Positions 42,829 through 52,596 of a DNA stretch of 53,524 nucleotides are shown piece by piece. Both the position numbers and the translations under genes were made by a program. The DNA comes from a virus. Its lineage: Duplodnaviria; Caudoviricetes. The notes under the pieces are model-generated. The model worked only from the letters and a program-made list of their open reading frames with translations. It was not told the origin of the DNA and made no database searches. The stretch covers positions 1 through 53,524 of the IMG/VR virus record IMGVR_UViG_3300020045_013114. One strand, given 5' to 3'. Within the stretch, counting starts at the first letter, position 1. Every line of letters starts with the position of its first letter.

Positions 42829-43733
42829 TTGAGCCAACCTTTCAGTACTACCCATCTAATGTAAAAATAACTCGTCCTTTAGGAACAGTTAGTCTGTCTT
42901 CTTTTATTTCCGCCAATCAAAATCCTAAACAAGAGGTTCAAGAATTATTTAAAAAAATTCAAGTTGCGGGAGAAAAAGAAAAACAGGAATTAAAACAACA
43001 GTTATTTTATTTTACTCCTTGCGTGACAACAAATGGTCTTGGAAGAAGCTATTCAGATATTGAATTTTTCAATGGGATATGTGTAGTAGAATTTGATAAA
43101 ATACCTGACTTTGCCCATCAACTAAGGGATTGGATTTTTGATAATTTTGAAGAATGTTTTTGTGCCTATGTCAGCCCTAGTGGAAAAGGGACTAAGAGTC
43201 TTTGGAAGATACCTTGTGTAAAATCTGTTGATGAGTTCAAGGCTTATTTTTATGGAATTGCACAGAGATTTTCAAAGATACAGGGCTTCGATGGGAGTGC
43301 CCAAAACCCTATTTTGCCTCTCTATTTGTCGTGGGATAAATACTTGCGTCACAGACCTTATGATGAAGCCAAAACTTGGACTACTAGGGGCGGAAAAATA
43401 AATGAATTTAAGCCGTTTACTGGAGAAATTGAGGTATTAGAAAGTGTAGATGAAAAAGATTTGGACAGGATATTCAGAGCCATTGACCAAACGTTTAATA
43501 AAATTGATAGGGAACAAACTGCTCATTTTTTACTACGAAATTTAAGTCTTTGGATTGGGGGTCTTTGCGGATACGGATATTTAACAACGGACGATGCTGC
43601 TGACTATATTTGCGATAAAGTTAAAGAATCCCCTTATTGTATAAAAAATGAAATAGGTTACTGTACTACGGTTCGGGATTTTATTATAAAAGGTAGTACT
43701 TCACCATTAAAATTAGAAGAGGATGACAATTGA
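42825..43733 (+). CDS. Primase-like protein, BT4734/VirE N-terminal AEP type
   Basis: K..L.YFTP, G..VVEFDK, YVSPSGKG.K, FD.S......LYLSWD. Confidence 0.8.
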   Translation: MIEPTFQYYPSNVKITRPLGTVSLSSFISANQNPKQEVQELFKKIQVAGEKEKQELKQQLFYFTPCVTTNGLGRSYSDIEFFNGICVVEFDKIPDFAHQLRDWIFDNFEECFCAYVSPSGKGTKSLWKIPCVKSVDEFKAYFYGIAQRFSKIQGFDGSAQNPILPLYLSWDKYLRHRPYDEAKTWTTRGGKINEFKPFTGEIEVLESVDEKDLDRIFRAIDQTFNKIDREQTAHFLLRNLSLWIGGLCGYGYLTTDDAADYICDKVKESPYCIKNEIGYCTTVRDFIIKGSTSPLKLEEDDN

Positions 43734-43819
43734 TTCAAGATGGATACAAAAAGATTTTAAACAAAAATACTACCTTTTTTGCCGCGAAAAAAAGATTGAA
43801 CAAATAAGCCTTAAAAAAG

Positions 43820-43850
43820 TTGCACCATTCAATAATAATGACTATATTTG
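43820..43850 (+). promoter_or_regulatory. Bacteroidota-type promoter
   Basis: TTG-N20-TATATTTG. Confidence 0.75.
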
Positions 43851-43917
43851 TAGGATAACAATAACAGAATTATAAATGTTTGTTATTATGAACAAAACAG
43901 CTTAAAATGTATATAAT

Positions 43918-44355
43918 ATGAAACAAAATGAAATAAGATACGCAGGTAAACAAGTCTTTGCTAATCAAGATGAATTAGAAGAAGGATATGTTGAAATAGT
44001 AATCAATATAGACGATATATTAGAGGAAATTGATGATGAGTATATTGCCATATATGCAAGATATTCCTTGAATATGAGACACGAAGATGATTTTGAAAGT
44101 TCTTTGGACGATTTTGATGATGACGAATTATTAGAAGCCTTAAAAAATAACTATTATAATTTTGCAAAAGAAGTTGAAGAAGACGAGATGATTGAATATC
44201 TTGAAGAGCGTGGATATACTGTTGAGGCAGATAGTAGAAGTACTCCTGAATATGATTATGTTGATAACTGTTTGTTTTATGATATTGTAAATAAGTTCAA
44301 TTCCTTAGATTGTTTTTCGCGCCAAAAAATGAGAGATTTAATAATAAATTTATAG
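43918..44355 (+). CDS. Highly acidic protein
   Basis: About 40 D/E versus about 13 K/R in 145 aa (hand count). Confidence 0.75.
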   Translation: MKQNEIRYAGKQVFANQDELEEGYVEIVINIDDILEEIDDEYIAIYARYSLNMRHEDDFESSLDDFDDDELLEALKNNYYNFAKEVEEDEMIEYLEERGYTVEADSRSTPEYDYVDNCLFYDIVNKFNSLDCFSRQKMRDLIINL

Positions 44356-44358
44356 ATT

Positions 44359-45140
44359 ATGGAGTTCCAAATTGACTTTAACGACCCAAATAAATACGAT
44401 GATAATTTCTTAATTGATGTTTTAGGTGCAGAACTTATTCCAACAAATTCCGATAAGTACCCTCCTTTTGATGTGTTAAAAATAGAAATAAGTGATTTTG
44501 AACATTTAGAAGAAATATTAAGAGTGGTTGATAAAGAGTTTAATTGTATTTCAACAGCTCTTATATCATTTGACCCGCCTACAATATTTTTAGATATTGA
44601 ATAACGGCGATTATCACCGCAACAGAGTAAAAATATAAATTAACTTTTGGCAAAAAACAGTAAAAACTGCCAAAGTTTAATTACCTTTAACCACAAGATA
44701 AACCCCATAAATTAGGGTTTTAATAACAACAAAAAGTAATGAAAGAACTAAACCTATACCGCCTTTGGGAGATATGCAATTTATTCTCCGAAAAAGAGTC
44801 AGAGCTGTCTGAACAGAATATTTTTATCTCTTTTATGGGACATAAATCTAACTTTGGAGCTCAAACATTTGAAAGCTTTTTAGAATATTATAGTTTTAAA
44901 ATTGAAGGGGATGTTATTATGGTTTTTAATGACGATGGCGTACCCTACGAGGACTATCACAACGATGACTTCTCTTATATTCCTTTGTCTTTTCTTTCTT
45001 TTTCCGACGAGAGACTTGAAAGTTGGATGAAAATTGAGACTACTTTACAATTGGTGGGGCAGGAAAGGGATAAATTGGCGCGAAAAGAAGATATAAAAGA
45101 GCAAATTAAACGATTAAAAACACAATTAAATAATTTATAA
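44359..45140 (+). other. Hypothetical ORFs 44359 and 44739
   Basis: ORF track; no recognised motif. Confidence 0.7.
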
Positions 45141-45144
45141 ATAA

Positions 45145-46407
45145 ATGATAGAATTCAAATTAGAAGAAGCACTAAGAATTTACGAGACAGAAAATAATAT
45201 TTCAGAAGCTTGTAGACAACATTGTTCAGAATTAGGTATAGAATACTCAGAAAAATATCGAAATAGATTAAGTAGGTATTTAAGAAGTGGTAAAAGTGAT
45301 GTTGATGATGACTTGGAGAATGATACAAAGACAGAGACTAATCAGTATGAAAACGACAAAGAAAAACCACAAAAAGGATTTACAGCTATTGCTAAAGATG
45401 GCTCACTTATGAACATAAATCAATATTGTGAATACTATGGATTAGATGTAAATAAAATAAGAAGTTATAAGTTAATTTCTCATTCAGGAGTTCCTTTTTA
45501 TAATGCGGTATTCTATGAAGAAGTCGTAGAACCTGTAGTTACAGAACAAGAGCTAAAAGATATTATTTTTGAGGGTATTAAATCTATAAAATACGCTCCT
45601 CTTTTACAAAAATCATCTAATAAAGTTGGTATTGTTAAAATCGCAGATTTGCATTTGGGGAGCTATGTTGACAACTTAATTAGAACTAAGAATTTCTCCA
45701 TTGATATACTAGCTAATAAGCTTTTAGAGGCAGTAAATGATATTAATGATAGAAACTATTCAGTTGTACACGTTCACGTATTAGGTGACTTAATTGAGTC
45801 ATTTACGGGGCTTTCTCATAAGAATACTTGGAAAGGTTTAGATAAGGCTATGGTTGGAGCAGAAGCTGTTAAACTTGTAGTTAAAATTCTTCACGATAAT
45901 TTCTTATCTAAAATTGTGAATTTAGGAGAAGTTAAAATTGTAGCAGGAAATCACGATAGAGTAACTTCAGATAATAAAGAAGATGTTCAGGGTGGCGCGG
46001 CGAGTTTAGTTTGTTGGGGTTTAGAATTGATTGGATATTCTGTTGAGTTTAATCCTCTTGTAATTACCCACACTGTTGGTAATATATGTCACATTTTAAC
46101 TCACGGACATCATTCCCTCAGTAAAAAGTCTACAAAACAGCTATGTTGGGATTATGGAGAACAGGGGAAATATAATTTAATTTGTGAAGGGCATTTACAC
46201 AGTATTATTCAAAAGCTTAATATTAACCAAAGAGAAGGCTATCAAACCATTAAAGATGATGCTGTAGACCATCGTAGAATGAACTGCCCTTCTTTTTTTA
46301 CAGGTAATTTCTTTAGTGAATCTTTAGGCTATACTTCTGAAAGCGGATTTGTTATTACTGAGGATAATGGTAAAGGTATTCCTAATGTGTTCTATTATGC
46401 TGTTTAA
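45145..46407 (+). CDS. Calcineurin-like metallophosphoesterase with N-terminal HTH-like region
   Basis: ADLHLG, LGDLIE, GNHD, HGH, GHLH. Confidence 0.88.
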   Translation: MIEFKLEEALRIYETENNISEACRQHCSELGIEYSEKYRNRLSRYLRSGKSDVDDDLENDTKTETNQYENDKEKPQKGFTAIAKDGSLMNINQYCEYYGLDVNKIRSYKLISHSGVPFYNAVFYEEVVEPVVTEQELKDIIFEGIKSIKYAPLLQKSSNKVGIVKIADLHLGSYVDNLIRTKNFSIDILANKLLEAVNDINDRNYSVVHVHVLGDLIESFTGLSHKNTWKGLDKAMVGAEAVKLVVKILHDNFLSKIVNLGEVKIVAGNHDRVTSDNKEDVQGGAASLVCWGLELIGYSVEFNPLVITHTVGNICHILTHGHHSLSKKSTKQLCWDYGEQGKYNLICEGHLHSIIQKLNINQREGYQTIKDDAVDHRRMNCPSFFTGNFFSESLGYTSESGFVITEDNGKGIPNVFYYAV

Positions 46408-46432
46408 TATAGCTACTTTCTTTTAATGTATT

Positions 46433-46461
46433 AAGGCTCTCAGAAATGGGGGTCTTTTTTT
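46433..46461 (+). terminator. Intrinsic terminator
   Basis: aaggctctca-gaaa-tgggggtctt + T-tract. Confidence 0.75.
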
Positions 46462-46505
46462 ATTTCTTTTTTCGCGAAAAATTAGAATAATTCAATTATT
46501 AGTTG

Positions 46506-46513
46506 TATATTTG
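46506..46513 (+). promoter_or_regulatory. Promoter -7 box
   Basis: TATATTTG after the terminator. Confidence 0.7.
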
Positions 46514-46539
46514 TAGAATAAAAATAAAATATTTTAACT

Positions 46540-48310
46540 ATGGATAATGAAGCCTATTTGTCGGAGAGTTGTAAAAATGAAAGTATCACTTACTTTGATA
46601 CGGTTTGGGGTAAAAATATTCCTCATATAAATATAGGTTCTGAGAGTAATCCTTTTTATCTTCCACAAGAAATGTTTAAGATAACAGATGAGCACAGAAA
46701 ATATTTGGTTAGAAATTTAAAGAAATTATAATTATGAAAAACAATAAAGGATTATTTGTAAAAGACCCTCAGAAATGGAGAGTTCCTAGAAAGTTAAAAA
46801 AGAAAATACCTAAAAATACACACTATTGTTATACTCCCACTTCAGAACCTGGAATAATGGAAGACGGTAAATGGGGCTATGCTATTAAACTCTGTGGTTT
46901 TTATGTCTATAGGAAATTAAAGGATTTAAAACCTGATTATTTAGATGCAGAAGATTTAATTAAATATGGTGAGGAGAGAGTCGGGTGTTGTAGTCTTCTT
47001 AAATGTGAGATAGATGATTGTTGCAAAAATTGTGGAATTAGATACTAAGAATTATGAAAGAAGTATATTTAGTTAAATGGTCAAGTGGTAGCTATGATGA
47101 CTATACGGAAAATAATTTAAAAACTGTCTTTTTATCTCTTTCTTCTGCCGAAAAAGCTAAAGAAGATTTGGAGACTTATAATAATACAGAAGAGCCTTTT
47201 CCTTTTGAAGCAATTTATGACGTGGAAATTTTTGAAGAATTATTATATTCAGATAAACTAACTACAGAAGATATAAATTTATATGATAAGTGGCGAGATG
47301 AAAAATATCAAAAAGAAGATTTTAATGGAGCGTGGATTGAAACATTAACACTAGAAGAATAGATTATGACACACAAATGGCACAAAATCTATAAGAAATA
47401 CGGCTTACACAGCTTACCAAAACTAAATAAAACTGTTGAGATTTTAGTAGATAAAAGTGTTTATAAAGCTAAGTTAGTTATGGAAGATATTCCTTGTATG
47501 ACTTTGGATGAACAGCTTTATTGGGAAATTGAGAATTTAGGAAGTTTTTGTTTAATTACGCCAGATTTTTGGCGGGAGATAGATAATTATGGAATGGATT
47601 AAGGATACTCGTTATACTAATGTTTATTATATCTCTAAACAATTTAATGGCTTTCAGTATAATGCCATTATGACTTTAGAAGAAACTGATAAATCTGTTA
47701 AGTGCTATTTTAGTGCTTCATCAGGTAAGAAGCGTAAAGAGTTTGAGATATTTGAAGATAAGGATTCTAAATCATTTGGAGGGATTAAAGCTTTGTTTTG
47801 GCTTAGAGACTGTCTAGTTAATTTTCCAACTTTTTTCGCGCCAAAATTATATGGAAGAAATTTATACCTGTGTGTAGCTTGGTCGGACAACAGAAGAAGA
47901 AATATTTATCAAAGACTTGAAAAAGAAGGTTTTGTTTTTATGAGAGAATATAGAAGTAAAATATTAATGAAGAAAATAGAATTATGATAGAACTTAAAGA
48001 CGGTATTAACTACCACAACTTCCTTTTAGATATTAAGAGTAAGGAGTGGTTCAAACGGCAGAAAGAAGAAACAATAGGTCAATGGCTTAAAAGAACAGCT
48101 TATCAAGGTAATGGATTTCCTAAAAGAGATGGTACAAATGATAGCTTTAAAATTGCTGTTTCTATTTTATCTTTTTTGCGCGAAAATAAAATTGAAAAAG
48201 AGACATTTGAAGACTTAGTTGGATTTGAAGTAGATTTACACGGACAATTTGATTATCCAATATCTCAGATTAGAAAAATAGAATTAATTATAAATAAAAA
48301 ATTAGTATGA
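46540..48310 (+). other. Hypothetical ORFs (46540, 46734 Cys-rich, 47054, 47366, 47589, 47984)
   Basis: Coupled ORFs. Confidence 0.7.
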
Positions 48311-48513
48311 AAAAATTATTATTACTTGGAATTTGCTGTTTATTTTTTAGTTGCGGCAAAAAAGAAGAATCAAAATACCCTATTGAAGTACTTATCTTTG
48401 CAACAAATGAATATGGACATACTTTTGAAGTAGACTCTATACAAGGAAAGTTTGCCTTTAAAGATGGCAGGAAAATAGAATTAAAAAATGTTGGATATAT
48501 TAAATTTAAATAA
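48307..48513 (+). CDS. Small lipoprotein
   Basis: MKKLLLLGICCLFFS-C lipobox. Confidence 0.7.
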   Translation: MKKLLLLGICCLFFSCGKKEESKYPIEVLIFATNEYGHTFEVDSIQGKFAFKDGRKIELKNVGYIKFK

Positions 48514-48514
48514 A

Positions 48515-49279
48515 ATGAAACACGGAAAGGAACACGGAGCTTTCAAAGATAGAACAGGAGAAAAATATACTACAAATGAGGGTTATGAAATTGAAATTAT
48601 TGAATATTTTAATAAAAATAACTGTACTATTGAATTTGATGAAGGTACAATTTTAAAAAATATACAACTAAGTAATATCACAGCAGGTGGTGTAAAAAAT
48701 CCACTAAAAAGGACAGCTTTTGGCATAGGATATCTTGGAATTGGTGAGTATAAGGTAAAGTATAAAGGACGTACGAGAAAAGAGTATTATTTATGGAGAA
48801 GTATGCTGGAAAGATGCTATAAAAGAGATAGAACTATTAGAAATATGACATATTCGGATATAATTGTTTGTGATGAATGGTGCAATTTCCAAAACTTTGC
48901 AAAGTGGTTTGAAAATAATTATGTTGAAAAATTTGAACTTGATAAGGATATACTTTGCCCTGATTGTAAGGTATATAGCCCTGAAAATTGTTGCTTTATT
49001 CCACAAGAGATAAATAAACTATTTAATACTAGTGGTAAAACAAGAGGTATATATCCTATTGGAGTCACTAAATCACCTACTGGTAAGTTTATTGCTAAGA
49101 TTTCTATATTGGGGGAACGACTTCATTTAGGTTCTTATAATACACCCGAAGAAGCTTTCCAAGCATATAAAATCTCAAAAGAAAAACACATTAAAGAAGT
49201 TGCAGACAAATGGAAACATATTATAAAATTAGAAATCTACGAAGCAATGTATAACTACAAGGTTGGAATAACTGATTAA
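48515..49279 (+). CDS. HNH-like/AP2-like protein, copy 2
   Basis: WCNFQNFAKWF..LDKDIL..YSPENCCFIP..IN; start moved to 48515. Confidence 0.75.
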   Translation: MKHGKEHGAFKDRTGEKYTTNEGYEIEIIEYFNKNNCTIEFDEGTILKNIQLSNITAGGVKNPLKRTAFGIGYLGIGEYKVKYKGRTRKEYYLWRSMLERCYKRDRTIRNMTYSDIIVCDEWCNFQNFAKWFENNYVEKFELDKDILCPDCKVYSPENCCFIPQEINKLFNTSGKTRGIYPIGVTKSPTGKFIAKISILGERLHLGSYNTPEEAFQAYKISKEKHIKEVADKWKHIIKLEIYEAMYNYKVGITD

Positions 49280-49290
49280 AGATAAATAAT

Positions 49291-49778
49291 ATGAAAAAAC
49301 CGATATTTTTGGAAAACGAGTACCAATATGACTTAGAAGTAATAGACAACATATGCACTCTCTATTACAGTAACAATGAATGCTGGCAAAGTAATATAAG
49401 AAACACCATTACATTACAATTAGTGAACACAGGCAATGGTTTTAAAGTCATTGGCTTAGAAAAGAAACATAGACTAAATTATTCGGAAGCTCAAGAACTG
49501 TATATTTTATTATCTGCTATAAAAGATAGTAAGATTGAGATAGTAGAATTGAAAAAGGAATTATGATAACGTATTCAAAATTAGCAGATAAGTTTATAGA
49601 TAAAGGTTATCTTATGGAACTTCATTATCTTGTAATACCACCACCATTATTTCAATCTGGTAAATTACTAGGAACAGAAGAAGAGCAGAAAAGGAAGTTT
49701 AGTATAATCGTTGAGGAAGTATATGGAGAAGGATGGGACGATTGGAATACTTGGATAGATTACCAAAATTATAAATAA
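49291..49778 (+). other. Hypothetical ORFs 49291 and 49563
   Basis: Coupled ORFs ending at the convergent terminator. Confidence 0.7.
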
Positions 49779-49783
49779 AAGAT

Positions 49784-49815
49784 AAGCCTGACGATTAATT
49801 TTCATCAGGCTTTTT
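49784..49815. terminator. Terminator at the convergence of + and - transcription units, probably bidirectional
   Basis: aagcctga...tcaggctt + T-tract, A-rich on the other side. Confidence 0.75.
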
Positions 49816-49886
49816 AGTTTCTTGTATTTTTATCCATTTACCATAGCAATACTTGTAACAAGGTTCTTCTGTTTCTTCTTTCATTT

Positions 49887-50732
49887 TTATTGCGGAATTT
49901 CCATATAACCTATTACACTCCAATCAATATTTTCTACATTGTCCATCTCATCATCTAGCCACTCTCCATCAACATAAGAGGCAAAAGAAACAACAGTGGT
50001 TTTAGTATGTTTTCTCTGTTCTTTGACTAAAACATCGTTACTATGTGGTGGAGTACCCTTAATCCACTTTGGACTGTATATTTCTTTAGCTACTTCAAAT
50101 CCTCTGCTAAAATCTAATCTACTCTGTGTTACTTCTGGCACGTACATAGGTTCGTCTTTATCTTCTTGATATAAGTAGTCTATATAGTCTTCTATTAATT
50201 CTTCTTTTGTTTTCATTTTAATTTATTTTGTAATTCAAGTAAAGCTTCTATTTTAGCTTCTAAGGTTGCAATTTTATCTTCATTTAGTGTTTTATCTAAT
50301 TTTATTCTTTGTTCATTAGAAAGGTCAGAACGGTACTTATTTAAGATATCCAATAATATTTTATCTATTAATTTTTTATGCACCGAAAAACCTTCTAAAA
50401 AAGCCTCTTTTGCATAATCATTTTCCCAGGACAACCCTTCTCTACTACAGAAATCATCTGCTATTTTATTCTTCATACCTTATTTGAATTGTGCCTATAT
50501 TTATAAGCTCATTTAACGAATTATGTAAATTATCTTCTTCTTGATAAAAACCTCTCCATTCTGGAATAGTGTCCTTCAAGGAGTGTATTAAGGCGTTCTT
50601 AGCGTGTCCCTCTTTTCCCCAAACGTATTTACCGCTATTCATAACCAACAACTCTCCATCAAAATAAATCCTCCACCCAGATATACTTTTTATCTTTTGT
50701 GTTTGTAGTTGTTTTAATATCTTATTTTTCAT
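49887..50732 (-). other. Hypothetical ORFs (50216 with DUF551-like C-terminus, 50476, 50732)
   Basis: WI...PP....VLV...W....VIGYMEIP; coupled. Confidence 0.7.
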
Positions 50733-50899
50733 TATAATTCAAATTTATCACAGATTTTACTCTTTAATGTAAGAGGTTCTTCTGTTAGGTTACATTTATG
50801 TAGAACTCTTCTTCCTTTGCTGTATCTTTTGAAGTTTTTGCAATGCTTGCACTTAGCGTCGTAGAATATTTCTACTCTTATTGCTCTATTCTCTTCCAT
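50732..50899 (-). CDS. 55-aa Cys-rich protein (absent from the ORF track)
   Basis: MEENRAIRVEIFYDAKCKHCKNF...HKCNL...ICDKFEL. Confidence 0.6.
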   Translation of the reverse strand: MEENRAIRVEIFYDAKCKHCKNFKRYSKGRRVLHKCNLTEEPLTLKSKICDKFEL

Positions 50900-51257
50900 A
50901 TTGAATTATTTTAATTTTTATTCCTTTCTTTTCGGCGAACTTAATTGTTGAAGCAGTTCCATTTGAACCCGTTGTTATTGCGATTAGATATTGTGAAGCT
51001 TCTACTATTTGTTTATTTCTTATGTGTGTTGCTCCTTTTCCGTATTGTTTGTAATCGGGTAAATAAATTTCTGTTTTTAATCCTTTTTCGGCGGCGTACA
51101 GCTCAGATATTCTATCAATTCCAACACAACCTCCACTTACAAGTACAACTTCATATTCTTCTAAAAGTCGCGCCAAATAAAAATCTAAAGAAGAAAAAAC
51201 AAATTCCCTGTCATTTATTTCACGACTACCCACTACACCGACTTTGATTACAGACAT
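50886..51257 (-). CDS. SLOG-family (YspA/DUF2493-like) protein
   Basis: VGVVGSR, VSGGCVGID, IRNKQIVE, S.GT..TI..A. Confidence 0.85.
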   Translation of the reverse strand: MSVIKVGVVGSREINDREFVFSSLDFYLARLLEEYEVVLVSGGCVGIDRISELYAAEKGLKTEIYLPDYKQYGKGATHIRNKQIVEASQYLIAITTGSNGTASTIKFAEKKGIKIKIIQYGRE

Positions 51258-51448
51258 AAGAGTAATTTAATTTTATTTTCGCAATACTCTATTATTGAGT
51301 CTAAATCTTCCCTAGTTCCAACTTTTTCTCTGTGCTCAAATGCCATTTTTCTATATTCTAATAGTTCTCTTAACGGATTTGGATATTCACTATAATCTGC
51401 TCCAATAATTTGCTGTACTTTGTACAAATCTTTACTTATGTTACTCAT
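51248..51448 (-). CDS. Hypothetical protein
   Basis: 66-aa coupled ORF. Confidence 0.6.
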   Translation of the reverse strand: MSNISKDLYKVQQIIGADYSEYPNPLRELLEYRKMAFEHREKVGTREDLDSIIEYCENKIKLLLCL

Positions 51449-51450
51449 AA

Positions 51451-52509
51451 TTAATCAGTTATTTCTACTTGGTAATTGTACATTGCTTGGTAACATCTTT
51501 CTGTAATACACCCTTTCCATTTATCTGCAAGCTCTTTAATATAAGCTTCTTTATGTTCTTTATAAAATAAAAACGCTTCTGTAGAAGTATCAAACTTTTT
51601 TCTTATTCTACTGTTTCCACAAGAAATTCCCGCCTCAAACTTATTTTGACTTTTTGATACTCCTATTGGTAGATTTCCCCTTCTTTTATCAGCTCTGACA
51701 AAACAAAAATTAATCTCTGGAGGTACTAATTCACAAGTTTCAGGTGAATATACTTTATTTCCTTTTACCAAAATATCTTTATCTAGATGAAATCCTAACA
51801 TAGTTACAGGGTTATAAATTTTTTCAAACCAATCTACAAAGTTTTCAAAATTGTGCCACTCTTTGCAAACACTAACACCTAAATAACTGGGACTCTCGAT
51901 TTCTTGGTTCTTACTATAACATCTATCCATCATACCTCCCCACTTATCGTATATTAAAGAGTTTACTTTACTATGGGCATATTTACCTAAATAACCTACA
52001 CCATTAACTGAGCGATGTAGGGGATTTTTAACTGCGCCTTTCCTAAGACTGTGCAAAGTAACATTTCTTAACATATTCTGTTCTGAGAATCTAATAGTTA
52101 AATTCCTACTATTAAAATATTCTATTATTTCTACTTCATATCCCTCATTGGTCATATACTTTGTACCTATCTCGTTGAAAGGTTTCCACGTTGCACCCCT
52201 AAGTATATCAAAATATGGAACTTTTTCTTTAATTACACCATCTTCATATTGTATGGTGCAATTACTAGACCCAAAAATATCTATAATTTTAAAAGGATAT
52301 CCTTGATTATTTGTGTGGATTTCTCCAATATGAAATTTTGGATTCTTAATACTCCCCTTACTAAATGCAGCATATTCTTTTTTAGCTACGATTGTTCCGC
52401 AAGAGAATTGAATAGTTAAATTTTGTGCCCCGTGATATTCTATTATTTCCATTGGGCAACCTTGATAATTTATATTCTTTTCTCCAATTCTATCTGTATT
52501 TTTTCCCAT
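51451..52509 (-). CDS. HNH-like/AP2-like protein, copy 3, with three N-terminal repeats
   Basis: 3x GE....N.QG/EG...I..I......TI.F; WHNFENF..WF..LDKDIL..GNKVYSPETC. Confidence 0.75.
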   Translation of the reverse strand: MGKNTDRIGEKNINYQGCPMEIIEYHGAQNLTIQFSCGTIVAKKEYAAFSKGSIKNPKFHIGEIHTNNQGYPFKIIDIFGSSNCTIQYEDGVIKEKVPYFDILRGATWKPFNEIGTKYMTNEGYEVEIIEYFNSRNLTIRFSEQNMLRNVTLHSLRKGAVKNPLHRSVNGVGYLGKYAHSKVNSLIYDKWGGMMDRCYSKNQEIESPSYLGVSVCKEWHNFENFVDWFEKIYNPVTMLGFHLDKDILVKGNKVYSPETCELVPPEINFCFVRADKRRGNLPIGVSKSQNKFEAGISCGNSRIRKKFDTSTEAFLFYKEHKEAYIKELADKWKGCITERCYQAMYNYQVEITD

Positions 52510-52542
52510 ATTTATTTATTTATTTTGATGTAAATTTAAAAT

Positions 52543-52575
52543 AAAAAATCCACACTACAAAATATAATGTGGATT
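52543..52575 (-). terminator. Intrinsic terminator (minus strand)
   Basis: aatccaca/tgtggatt hairpin with an A-tract on the + strand left side. Confidence 0.6.
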
Positions 52576-52596
52576 AATTTTAAAAATATTGTGTTT

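Noticed and set aside
44612-44620. TATCACCGC, identical to a lambda operator half-site
   Set aside because: Single half-site, no CI/Cro-like switch; probably chance.
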